Shown here in pieces: positions 1 to 10,337 of a DNA stretch of 27,865 bases; the stretch's first letter is position 1; each line of letters begins with the position of its first letter. Source of the stretch: Octopus sinensis. Taxonomy: Eukaryota. The position numbers and the translations under genes were made by a program. The stretch covers positions 1 through 27,865 of the forward strand of contig NW_021827531.1 in NCBI RefSeq assembly GCF_006345805.1, read 5' to 3'. The notes beneath the pieces are model-generated. The model did not search any database. It was not told where the DNA came from and worked only from the letters and a program-made list of their open reading frames with translations.

Positions 1-19
1 ATAATAATAATAATAAGAA

Positions 20-57
<38 letters not shown>

Positions 58-67
58 AATAATAATA

Positions 68-100
<33 letters not shown>

Positions 101-147
101 GATGATGATGATGATGATGATAATAATAATAATAATAATAATAATAT
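1..147. repeat. (AAT)n/(GAT)n compound microsatellite
   Basis: Direct reading of tandem ATA/ATG triplets. Confidence 0.95.
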
Positions 148-310
148 AAAGTAAGCAGCATCTTGTAAGTGGGAATAAATATCAATGGTTGCCACCGAGG
201 CTGTCACTTATAGGCCTATGATCATAGATTGTTTGAACTAGTGATATAGTTAAAACGGCTTTGATTCTTTACATGTTGATGGATGTGCGTGCGCACGCGT
301 GTGTTTTCAC

Positions 311-350
<40 letters not shown>

Positions 351-581
351 GTCTGTCTGTCTGTCTGTCTATTGTTTGTGGGAGCACAATAAACATACAT
401 ATGTACGTATGCTTATACATCTGTAAACGTGTGTGTATATATGTAAGGGCGTATATATACCTCCACAAGTATATGCAAATTGTCTACATATATGTTTAAC
501 ATATGTATACAAAAACGCATATAAAAATACATTATATACGCTTCATGCATATTTATATATAGATATATATATATATATATC

Positions 582-612
<31 letters not shown>

Positions 613-1501
613 GTATGTATATATATAATATATATATTATATATATACAAATATATATATATAATATATATATATATATGTATATTATATTATAAATATA
701 TATATATTATACTATATATATACATATATACATATATATATATATATATGTACATACATGAATATATAGTTAATATATGTGTATCATACGTATATAAGTG
801 ATATAAACATACTCGTCAGATACGTATATATGCATTATACATAAATATGTATATCTGTGCCTGCAAAAATATGTCTATATTATTCGCGCGCGCACGTGTG
901 TGTATCTGTGTGTGTGTGTGTGTGTGTGTGTGTATCTATCTATGTGTATGTTCCTATAGGTATATTTGTCTCTATGTATGTTTGTGTATGCATACACACG
1001 CTCTCTCACTTACTGTCTCTCTCTCTCACTCTTTCACTCTCTCTTCTCTCTCATACACACACACACACACACACATACACACATACACACACATACACAC
1101 ACGCGCACACACACGATTTATGTTGAGCAGTGAAAGTGTGTTGGTGTATTTCTATTTGATATATTGTTGATCAACAACTGCTCAGAAATGATTTCACAAC
1201 TGACATATTTCATTGCAGCACACATACAGACAGACACACACACACACACACACACATACACACACACACACACGCATATTTACATACAAACAATATTTCT
1301 CTCTCACTTTCTCTCTCTTTTCCTCTCACTTTTTTTTAAATACATACGGACTACATACTCCGCTTGCATACACACACACACACATATAACTTCAATGAAT
1401 GAGAAATATATATTCATATATATTTCCATAAAAATATATCTGCATAATACATACTGCACTGTCTACCTGTCTCCCGCAATACATAAGTATACATTATTCG
1501 T

Positions 1502-1584
<83 letters not shown>

Positions 1585-1867
1585 AACACATACATTCGTA
1601 GCGCATTGGTCAATAACATGTAAAACAGGTGTAGACATATTTCGTGTTTGTATGTATGTGTGTACATGTGCGTGTATACATACATTCATATATATATATA
1701 TATGAATACATAGACATATGTATTGCATCTGTATGTATATATACATACATACATACATACATAATATATATATTATATATATATATATATATATAATATA
1801 TATATAGTTGAATTTACAGAAAAACAAATGAAACAGGTGTATGATATATATATGTTTCTGTGAGGTA

Positions 1868-1925
<58 letters not shown>

Positions 1926-1980
1926 TGTAGTTATGTGTATGTATGTATGTATGTATGTATGTATGTATGTATGTATATAT
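311..1980. repeat. Microsatellite field: (TCTG)/(TCTA), (TA)n, (TG)n, (CT)n, (CA)n, (TATG)n with short unique spacers
   Basis: Direct reading; explains the low-complexity ORFs 299-2150. Confidence 0.9.
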
Positions 1981-2083
1981 AGCTGTTTACTAAAAGTGCG
2001 CGCTTTACATATATATGTGTGCGTATATGTAACATATACACACACACACATATATGTAAAGCGCATACTTCTAGTAAACAGCT
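1981..2083. repeat. Imperfect ~33-bp inverted repeat around a TA/CA microsatellite
   Basis: agctgtttactaaaagtgcgcgctttacatata (1981) vs reverse complement of tatatgtaaagcgcatacttctagtaaacagct (ends 2083), 3 mismatches. Confidence 0.75.
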
Positions 2084-2179
2084 TCCATAGACTATAAATT
2101 CGAATTTCAGTAAACAAGTTTAGTAAACAAGATTTTACTGTAAACAACAATATAATCTAGTAAAGATGGAAATGTTACC

Positions 2180-2250
2180 GACAGCAGCAGCAGCAGTAGA
2201 AGTAGTAGTATTAGTAGTAGTAGTAAGTAGTAGTAGTAGTAGTAGTAGTA
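2180..2250. repeat. (CAG)n/(TAG)n microsatellite
   Basis: Direct reading. Confidence 0.9.
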
Positions 2251-2550
2251 GACTACTTTAACGTGAATAACATAGATGTTACTTTTATCGTACTCGTATT
2301 TGGAAAAGGATATCAAATGCTCTGGGTACGCTATGCTGGAACTAAAATACTGCAATTGGTAAATCAAAATTATTCTTTTGGAGGAAATATGGCTGTGTTA
2401 CCAAAAATGGTTCCTCCTCAATAACGTTGGTCCGCTGTTTTGATAGGAAACATTTCATGTCACCTTTTGTAAAATGTCTGTTGCTGTAGTCTGAGTTTGA
2501 CTAGTGACTTCAGAGTGAAAATTGGCTAACGGAAGCCTATTTCAGTGAGT

Positions 2551-2855
2551 GTGTTTGTTCCTTCTCGAGCCATGCCTGTCTCATAAGGGCCGGTTTCCCG
2601 GTTTCCTTGGCGTATAGGTTCCACACCTGGACGGGACGCCGGTCCGTCGTAGGTGAGCTGCAAGATGCAGGAAGAAAGAATGAGAGAAAGTTTTTGCGAA
2701 AGAGTCAGCAGAAGTTCGCCATTACTTTCTGCCGGAGACGCGTGGAGCTTAAGTGTTTCGCTCGTAAACACACACATCACCCGGTCTGAGATTCGAACCC
2801 GTGATCTCTCGACCGCGAGTCCGCTGCTTTAACCACTAGGCCATGTGCCTCCACA
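2551..2855 (-). mobile_element. tRNA-derived SINE family B, full length, 8-bp TSD CAGTGAGT
   Basis: Minus-strand head gtggaggcacatggcctagtggttaaagc (A box), ggttcgaatc (B box); (AAAC)-type tail; CAGTGAGT at 2543-2550 and 2856-2863; second copy at 3317-3620. Confidence 0.9.
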
Positions 2856-2884
2856 CAGTGAGTATGTTTGGTAAAGATGCCCGT

Positions 2885-3305
2885 CCTCTATCGACCAGAC
2901 AACCGTATGGTAATATACATCGCTGGTCACAGTATGCTTCCAATTCTTTTTGATAGCGTCCTTCTTTTCTATCTTCGCTGAAATCGTTTAACGAAATTCT
3001 ATTCTCATCATCACTGTGGCATTTTTCCGATCTCTTAGATGCCACTCGACAACTACACATACTCATGTCTTGTCTGTGAAGCATGTCCGACCCATCAGAA
3101 ATTGTACTTTCGATATTCTGTGATCACGTCGTTCACTCAGCACTTTTCTCCAATAACCTAATTTCGGATACGCCCTTTCAAAGTTTCAGAGCCTTGCTCG
3201 CAAAGTTACTCTTTGTATTGTTCTTTCTGTGCCTCTCTGCATCGTAGCCAGTCGATGTCCTTCTCTTCGTAGCAGTCTACGTCTTACTTGCATATAAGAA
3301 CCCAG
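2885..3305 (-). pseudogene. Decayed RTE-clade LINE, 3' end of ORF (post-RT region) and 3' UTR
   Basis: Minus-strand translation with stops and frameshifts: LPGFLYASKT*T, EGHRLATMQRGTER, VNDVITEYRKYNF*WVGHA, EWHLRDRK. These match recalled RTE motifs LPAMLYASETW / RLxxAQRAMER / DVIxxYRRxKxRWAGH / EWYPRDxKR. Continues at 3621-3641 beyond the SINE insertion. Confidence 0.8.
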
Positions 3306-3316
3306 GAAGGTCAATG

Positions 3317-3620
3317 TTGTTTGTTCCTTCTCGAGCCACGCATTGCTCATAGGGCCGGTTTCCCGGTTTCCTTGGCGTATAGGTTCCCCACCTGGACGGG
3401 GCGCCGGTCCGTCGCAGGTGAGCTGCAAGATGCAGGAGGAAAGAGTGAGAGAAAGTTGTGGCGAAAGAGTCAGCAGAAGTTCGCCATTACCTTCTGCCGG
3501 AGCCGCGTGCAGCTTATGTGTTTCGCTCATAAACACACACATCGCCCGGTCTGAGATTCGAACACGCGATCCCTCGACTGCGAGTCCGCTACTCTAACCA
3601 CTAGGCCATGTGCCTCCACA
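3317..3620 (-). mobile_element. SINE family B, full length, 11-bp TSD GAAGGTCAATG, inserted into the RTE remnant
   Basis: Collinear with 2551-2855; GAAGGTCAATG at 3306-3316 and 3621-3631. Confidence 0.92.
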
Positions 3621-3640
3621 GAAGGTCAATGCCATTGAAG

Positions 3641-3730
3641 GAACTGGTAAGAATAGCAAAGTTAGGAAAACGGGCATTTACCTTGGCAAAAGATGTGTTC
3701 AAAGAAAAACTGGACAAGGATACGCATATC
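3641..3730 (+). pseudogene. Inverted 5' segment of the same RTE LINE insertion
   Basis: Plus-strand ELVRIAKLGKRAFTLAKDVFKEKLDKDTHI resembles the RTE segment EIxRRxKAGWxAFxxIKDVLKxKLDKxxRA that precedes LFNSxxLPAMLY. Confidence 0.7.
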
Positions 3731-3790
3731 AGGGAGAAATTACTGATAAATTTTTGCAGCTATATACTTCTCCTGTGTTGTTACATGCTC

Positions 3791-3950
3791 TTTTTCTTTA
3801 TTAGGCATAAAACCCTAAATACAGAGGGTAAACTACGAGGACAGAAAACACAAACGTGGGACACTTGCCCAAGGTGCCAAGCAGTGGGATTGAACCCGGA
3901 ACCATGTGGTTCGTAAGCAAGCTACTTACCACACATCCACTCCTACGCCT
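3791..3950 (-). mobile_element. Chimeric SINE: family A tRNA-like head joined to a family-E-like tail
   Basis: 3860-3950 is the reverse complement of the A head; 3791-3855 resembles the E tail (ctgtcct..ttt.ccctctgt.tttag..aataaagaaa). Confidence 0.6.
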
Positions 3951-3984
3951 TTGAATATATTTATTTTATTATAAATACAACGGA

Positions 3985-4071
3985 GGAAACGACGTATGCT
4001 AAAATAACGAACCGGGATAAGTGAACCGCGATAGGCGAACCGCGATAAAGCGACATGGCGAGGGATTACTG
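3985..4071 (-). mobile_element. Single terminus of a pogo/Tigger-type (Tc1/mariner) non-autonomous DNA transposon
   Basis: Minus strand TA|CAGTAATCCCTCGCC followed by repeated tatcgcggttc units; TA at 4072-4073; other end not found. Confidence 0.6.
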
Positions 4072-4168
4072 TATAAAAAGGAGAGAAATATCCATATATG
4101 ACGCCATACTTCTCCCACTCGCTCTCTCCCTCCCTTCCTCTGAGAATCTGTCTGTTTGTCCGTGTATA

Positions 4169-4597
4169 GGCGCAGGAGTGGCTGTGTGGTAAGTAGCTTG
4201 CTAACCAAACACATGGTTCCGTATTCAGTCCCACTGCGTGGCACCTTGGGCAAGTGTCTTCTGCTATAGCCCCGGGCCGACCAATGCCTTGTGAGTGGAT
4301 TTGGTAGACGGAAACTGAAAGAAGCCTGTCATATATATGTATATATATGCATGTGTTTGTGTGTGTCTGTGTTTGTCCCCCTAGCATTGCTTGACAACCG
4401 ATGTGCTGTGTTGTTTACGTCCCCGTCACTTAGCGGTTCGGCAAAAGAGACGATAGATAGAATAAGTACTGGGCTTACAAAGAATAAGTCCCGGGGTCGA
4501 TTTGCTCGACTAAAGGCGGTGCTCCAGCATGGCCGCAGTCAAATGGCTGAAACAAGTAAAAGAGTAAAAGAGTAAAAGAGTAAAAGAGTAAAGAGTA
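4169..4597 (+). mobile_element. tRNA-derived SINE family A, full length, internal TA/TG microsatellite and (GTAAAAGA)n tail
   Basis: Head ggcgcaggagtggctgtgtggtaag, B-box-like ttcagtccc, ccttgggcaagtgtc core; about 10 related copies in the window. Confidence 0.92.
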
Positions 4598-4863
4598 TTA
4601 CGTCGCTGTTGTTCATTGAAGCTATAAACTGACGTTTATCGTCTTACATTCACTCTTACGTTATTAGTCTTTCGTAATAATGATATTATATACTATTACG
4701 TCTATGAGGTGACAGTCTGTCTGTCTGATTCAATGCAGTGTCTGCATGTGTCCGCTTGGCTACAGGCATGGATGGATGATCAGGTTATTAATTTCAGCCT
4801 TTATATTTCTATCGACATTAATTTTCCATGGTGATTATCTTCTGACAATACTGTTGCTACATT

Positions 4864-5270
4864 TATGTATGTATGTATGTTGTATGTATGTATGTATGTA
4901 TGTATGTATGTATGTATGTATGTATGTATGTATGGATGGATGGATGGATGGGTGTATGTATGTATGTATGTATGGATGGATGGATGTATGTATGTATGTA
5001 TGTATGTATGTATGTATGGATGTATGTATGTATGTATGTATGTATCTATCTATCTATTTATGTATGTATCTATCTATTGTCTGGTCTGTATGACTGTATG
5101 TTTGTATGACTACCTGGCTGTCTGTATATCTATGTTTCTTTGTCTGCTGTTTTACTGCATGTATGCATGTATGTATGTGTATATATATATATATATATAT
5201 GTGCATTATATGTGTGTGTACGTATGTGCGTATGTGTCTACGTCTGTATGCATACGTGTATACGTGTGAT
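4864..5270. repeat. (TATG)n/(TGGA)n/(TATC)n/(TA)n microsatellite
   Basis: Direct reading. Confidence 0.95.
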
Positions 5271-5530
5271 GTTGCTTCTGTCGATTTCAAACAGTGATTC
5301 CTAATACTCATGAGAAGTTTCTTTTTTAGTTGAATTTAAACCATTTTTAAGTTAAGAAAATAAAAACCGATCAAAACAAAAAAGCAAAAACCAAAAAGAA
5401 ATGAAACAAACAAACTCAGACATTTTTATTGTCTGAATCATGCTAGAAGAGAAAAATATGTCAAGTGAGAGGTGTGAATCGTCTTAATTACCAATTATCT
5501 ACCCGTATACCATCAAACAACAATGTATTC

Positions 5531-5730
5531 TATATATTTAGTGAGAATTTGCAAAAAAAGAAAAGAAAAACCCCCAAAAACCAAAAGACGAAGACGGGTG
5601 TGTAAACAACAAACAGATATATTAGTTTAACGCTCGGAAAGGGAGAAAGTCTTTTACGTTTCGAGCCTACGCTCTTCGACAGAAAGGAACACAGAAATAA
5701 ACAGGGAGATAAAATAGAAAAATAGATATA
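5531..5730 (-). mobile_element. Single arm of the HHR-bearing PLE-like repeat family also at 21653-22031
   Basis: Shares caaaagacga.gac.ggtgt.taaacaac, attagttt.acgc.cgg and tttcgagcctacgctcttc.acagaaagga with 21653-21811. Confidence 0.75.
5651..5686 (-). ncRNA. Minimal type-I hammerhead-like motif, variant core CUGUCGA
   Basis: Minus strand CTTT-CTGTCGA-A-GAGC(GTAG)GCTC-GAAAC-GTA|AAAG: stem I CTTT/AAAG, 4-bp stem II, palindromic ACGT stem III, GUA triplet. Confidence 0.65.
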
Positions 5731-5898
5731 TTTACTATATATTTACTTATCTTAACTCTAAGCTCATTGTGTAACAAAATCCCATTTCTTTCCCTTAATT
5801 GCTATGGTACCTCATTTCAGTTACATGTGATACCACTTTATATAGGATTATTTCTTCAGTATTGCAGTCTACAGACTATATCAACCTATCGTAATACC

Positions 5899-6127
5899 TA
5901 TTTCTTTACTACTCACAAGGGGCTAGACACAGAGAGGACAAACAAGGACAGACATAGGTATTAAGTCGATTACATCGACCCCAGCGCGTAACTGGTACTT
6001 AATTTATCGACCCCGAAATGATGAAAGGCAAAGTCGACCTCGGTGGAATTTGAACTCACAACGTAACGCAGACGAAATACCCCGAAGCATTTCGCCCGGC
6101 GTGCTAACGTTTCTGCCAGCTCGCCGC
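5899..6127 (-). mobile_element. SINE family E, full length, 10-bp TSD TCGTAATACC
   Basis: Minus-strand head gcggcgagctggcagaaacgttagc, B-box-like gagttcaaattcc, gtcgactttgcctttcatc domain; TSD at 5889-5898 and 6128-6137. Confidence 0.92.
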
Positions 6128-7296
6128 TCGTAATACCATTTATTTATTCTCAAATACCCTTAGAGTATCGCAGACACATCTGTGTCATCCTAACTTATGC
6201 CTAGTGTAGGACAGAATCTGTCCTACTCAACATCTCTCACCTCAACCAGGGACCGTAACTGGAAGTAGATTATCAAAACTGCAAAGCAAAACATCTCAAG
6301 ATTTTCCCCTGCTCTTGAAAAATGATTGATCGAAGATATATTGCACTATTAAAAAGCCGTTTATTGATTATGTGATTTCGATTTGAAAACCAGGAATTGG
6401 TAGTTTGGTTGGCGAATGATTCAAAAGGATGTAGTTTCTTAATGTATCAAATCTTGACCTATAGCTTCGTTTATTGGTCCTGTTGACAACCAATACCTGG
6501 CTTATATAATGTCTATTTTTTTTTCTATTCAGATTTCTTCAAATTAGATTTTGCACAACAAATATAATCACCAAGTCGCTCACGCTTGCGAATATTATCT
6601 ATTCTATGCGGGATCTGAATGGACAGCTAGGAACGTTAACTGCAAATACACACGCGTCCATACACATTCCTTTTTATATTCTGTCAGATTGTATGAGAAA
6701 CAGATCAATGGGAAACTAATGCGAGTATATATAAATATTTTCTCAACGCCAGCAAAATTTATTGATTCTTTGGGCGATCGTTTGACTAGTTGTTCGTTCA
6801 GTCGGTTGGTCGTTCACTCTTTTTACACGTTATACTATAGCAATCACACCAGCATAATTGAACTTAAACAGAAATAGATCTGTTTTCTATATCTTCTATA
6901 AAAAAAAAACTGTCAGAATATGGCAGCGTCTCTTCGTAATAGAATGTATATGCATCTTTATATGGTCAACAAAACTCGGGATTGAAATAACCGAAGAGAA
7001 ATATGCAGAATATATATTAAATTCAAGAGGGATCTTTAGATAGATATTCTGCTGAGTGGAGAGAATAATTATCTGCAGTGACACACAGTGGAAGCTGACG
7101 ATTTACAGATCAAGATTGCATACCGAGAGTGAGTTAATAAAACAGAAGAAATATACGCTAATACATGCATACATACATACAAAAATACATATATATGTGA
7201 ATATATATATCTACATATACACACAAACACCCACACATAATATATATATGTATATATGCGTATATATATGCATATATATATATATATATATATATA

Positions 7297-7599
7297 ATCA
7301 CGTGATCACGTGACCGACCAGACCATCAGATGTTACACATCGTTGGTCACAATGCGTTCGCATTGTTTTAGCCTTCGAATGACGCCACCCCGCTGGCTAA
7401 GCGAGCAGGCCAACAGAAGAAAGAGTGGGAGAAAGAGTGGTGAAAGAGTACAGCAGGGATCACCACCCCCTGCCGGAGCGTCGTGGAGCTTTTAGGTGTT
7501 TTCGCACAATAAACACTCACAACGCCCGGTCTGGGAATCGAAACCACGATCCTGCGACCGCGAGTCCGCTGCCCTAACTACTGGGCCATTGCGCCTCCA
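7297..7599 (-). mobile_element. SINE family C: head and body shared with B, RTE-derived 3' end with (ATCACGTG)n tail
   Basis: Head ggaggcgcaatggcccagtagttagggcagcggactcgcggtc; tail 7315-7351 matches the RTE remnant at 2892-2931. Confidence 0.88.
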
Positions 7600-7785
<186 letters not shown>

Positions 7786-8004
7786 CATTTTGCAGACGAT
7801 CTGATTTTTATTGAAATTGAAAGTTAGTTTCACGACATAAATTACACGCCACTGTGTGAAATTCCTCTGAAGATTGCAGTGGCGTGAAACACGAGTAGCT
7901 GCCCGTGAGACAAAGTCTCAATTTCAGTTTTCAGTTTCCCCCTCACAAAAAATTCAAAATATGTCTATTCATGTAGACATATTTTATGAATATATATATA
8001 TACA

Positions 8005-8450
8005 AATTGAGATAGGGGTTGTAAATGCAACCCTCCATGGGATAACATATATCCAATATACTGCTAGTGAAGTACCCAACAAAGTTAATACATAATACAT
8101 AATACATACAGGCCTTAGGATATTTTTGTAAATGTCTCATTTATAACTACATATTGACCTACCACACATGGCTAATATAAGTAAAATGAGACATACTTAT
8201 CTGCATGGCCGAAACAGCTGTAAGATGTAGTTTATATTTATATTTATATTTATTTATATTTATATTCTCTTATACATATTGTACTTATTGTATCATATTA
8301 CTCCTTTATGTACACTGTTTTGTTCTATATTATTATGTTTGACCTTAAAGTTTCTTATGTAGTGGTTTAATAAAGTATGTGATTGGGTATTATCTGGTAG
8401 TTGATATTTGATTTGGATGTATTTCTCCATTTTTTTTTCTTATTTTTGTT
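8005..8450 (+). mobile_element. Probable 3' remnant of a Penelope-like element (GIY-YIG C-terminus, HHR remnant, AT-rich tail)
   Basis: N*DRGCKCNPPWDNIY at 8005-8052 resembles the recalled PLE C-terminal motif NxDxG(x)5-6W; GAAAC-AGCT-GTA-AGAT at 8211-8226; AATAAA downstream. Confidence 0.5.
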
Positions 8451-8493
8451 TATATATATATATGTATATAATGCCTATATATATATATATATA

Positions 8494-8529
<36 letters not shown>

Positions 8530-8588
8530 AATTTTATAACATATATATATACATATATATAATATATATATATATATATTTCTTTATA

Positions 8589-9346
8589 AATAATTTACAA
8601 TATAAGGGCAAAAGAAAAATTCTAATGCCAAATATGCCGAAAAAAAGACAAAACTTGTCAATTAACCATTATAATTTAATTATAATTATAATTATAACCA
8701 ATATAAATTATAATGGTTTATTGACAATTTTTGTCTTTGTTTTTCGGCATATTTGGCATTAGAATTTTTCTTTTGCCCTTATATGGTAAATTATTTATAA
8801 ATTTAACCTTTAAAGGTGTTTTTTGATATGCTGGCCATTGATGAAATTTTTTTCCCGAAAAAATTTTATCCTACATTAGTTATAAATTTGAATAGCGTTC
8901 ACTTCCGGATTCTATCACTCTGATATAGTTCGAATCACACGTGTCTCGAGACGTGCCGAAGATTTTCTATTTTGGATATATTTGGGGTACTTAGGTCTGC
9001 TCGGGACTTGGTGTTTGCTTTTTCCATGGGTATGAGTAAGTATTTCACTTATATCTCGCGTATTTGCCGCAGAAGAGGAGAAAATTCTTATGAATTAACT
9101 CCGAAATTGGTCCAATATGGTAATAACGAATTTTTTAGAAATTTCTATCGGTTTGTTTCGAGACGCATAAATTATAATGGTTAATTGACAATTTTTGTCT
9201 TTTTTTCGGCATATTTGGCATTAGAATTTTTTTCTTTTCCCCTTATTTTTGTAAAATATTTATAAATTTAACCTTTAAAGGTGTTTTTTGATATGCTGGC
9301 CATTGATGAAATTTTTTTCCCGAAAAAATTTTATCCTACATTAGTT
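8589..9346 (+). mobile_element. Non-autonomous PLE-like insertion: inverted partial repeat plus two direct ~183-bp pseudo-LTRs, 15-bp TSD
   Basis: Direct repeats 8702-8884 and 9167-9349; inverted copy of their first ~95 bp at 8583-8678; ATATATTTCTTTATA at 8574-8588 and 9347-9361. Confidence 0.75.
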
Positions 9347-9503
9347 ATATATTTCTTTATATATACAAATATTACAGGCACACTAAATAAACATAGACGC
9401 ACATAGAGATATAAGCATGCGCAAATGAAGACATACAATAGAAATACAAAATGGCTGACGGTTAGTAAGGAGAGGCACAAATAAGAAAGAAGAAAGCAAA
9501 GGA

Positions 9504-9543
9504 CCACTGATGCGGTCACAGGAGTGTGACGAAAGAACTCTGG
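9504..9543 (+). ncRNA. Near-canonical minimal type-I hammerhead remnant
   Basis: CCA-CTGATGC-G-GTCAC(AGGAGT)GTGAC-GAAAG-AA-CTC|TGG; A9 replaced by C. Confidence 0.55.
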
Positions 9544-9663
9544 CTGAAATAAGATTAAGATTAATGTAAAAAATAAATAACACTGAAGCAAAATAACAAT
9601 CAAATATATAGTGCGTGTGTTTTTATTGGCTAAACTGGCAAAATGACCATTCCGAAATATAAC

Positions 9664-9886
9664 AATATTTCTTTATTGCCCACAGGATATTAAACACAGA
9701 GGAGATAAACGAAGGGATTAAGTCGATTACATCGACCCCAGTGCGTAACCGGTACTTATTTAATCGATCACGAAAGGATGAAAGGCAAAGTCGACCTCGG
9801 AGAAATTTGAACTCAGAACGTAGCGGCAGACGAAATAATGCTGAGCATTTCGCCCGGCGTGCTAACGTTTCTGCCAGATCGCCGCC
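9664..9886 (-). mobile_element. SINE family E, full length
   Basis: Collinear with 5899-6127. Confidence 0.9.
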
Positions 9887-9935
9887 TCTATACATAAATA
9901 CACACACACACACACACAACACCAACACAACACAC

Positions 9936-9992
<57 letters not shown>

Positions 9993-10161
9993 ATATATAA
10001 ATATGTATGTATATATATAGCTGTCACACTCCCCTTCATTTTGTCACTCTTTGTTCCCCTTCTCTCTCTGCCATTCTCTTTTTCCTCCCCGCTTCTCTCT
10101 CTCTCTCTCTCTCTCTTCCTCTCCTCTCTCTCTCTCTCTCTTCCTCTCTCTCTCTCTCTTC

Positions 10162-10196
<35 letters not shown>

Positions 10197-10210
10197 TTTC
10201 TTTCCTCTCA
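9887..10210. repeat. (CA)n, (TA)n and (CT)n microsatellites
   Basis: Direct reading. Confidence 0.95.
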
Positions 10211-10337
10211 ACAAACTTGCTGGCGTTATTCAAGTGTGACCCAAGTTATGGTTAATTAGATATACTTCAGTATTATAACACAATGGACGTTTCGACAATT
10301 AGAGCAAACGATAGAGGTAGGGCATACCCCGGTCGAG

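Noticed and set aside
299-2150. Long ORFs rich in YI, VC, HT and LS dipeptides (and similar ORFs at 4746-5311, 9623-10259, 15446-16110, 24203-24966)
   Set aside because: They are translations of dinucleotide to tetranucleotide microsatellites; no coding signal.
6505-7135. Candidate exons (acceptor at ~6532, donor GA|GTGAGT at ~7128, ATGGCAGCG at ~6920)
   Set aside because: No consistent multi-exon frame or recognisable protein; such sites are common in AT-rich DNA.
8845-8875. TTGATGA...CGAAA as a functional hammerhead in the direct repeats (also 9303-9340)
   Set aside because: Stems I and II do not pair; kept only as a possible remnant.
8972-9184. 70-aa ORF inside the pseudo-LTR element
   Set aside because: No recognisable RT or GIY-YIG motif; only a frameshift-dependent hint (ELTPK/WSNM), too weak to call.
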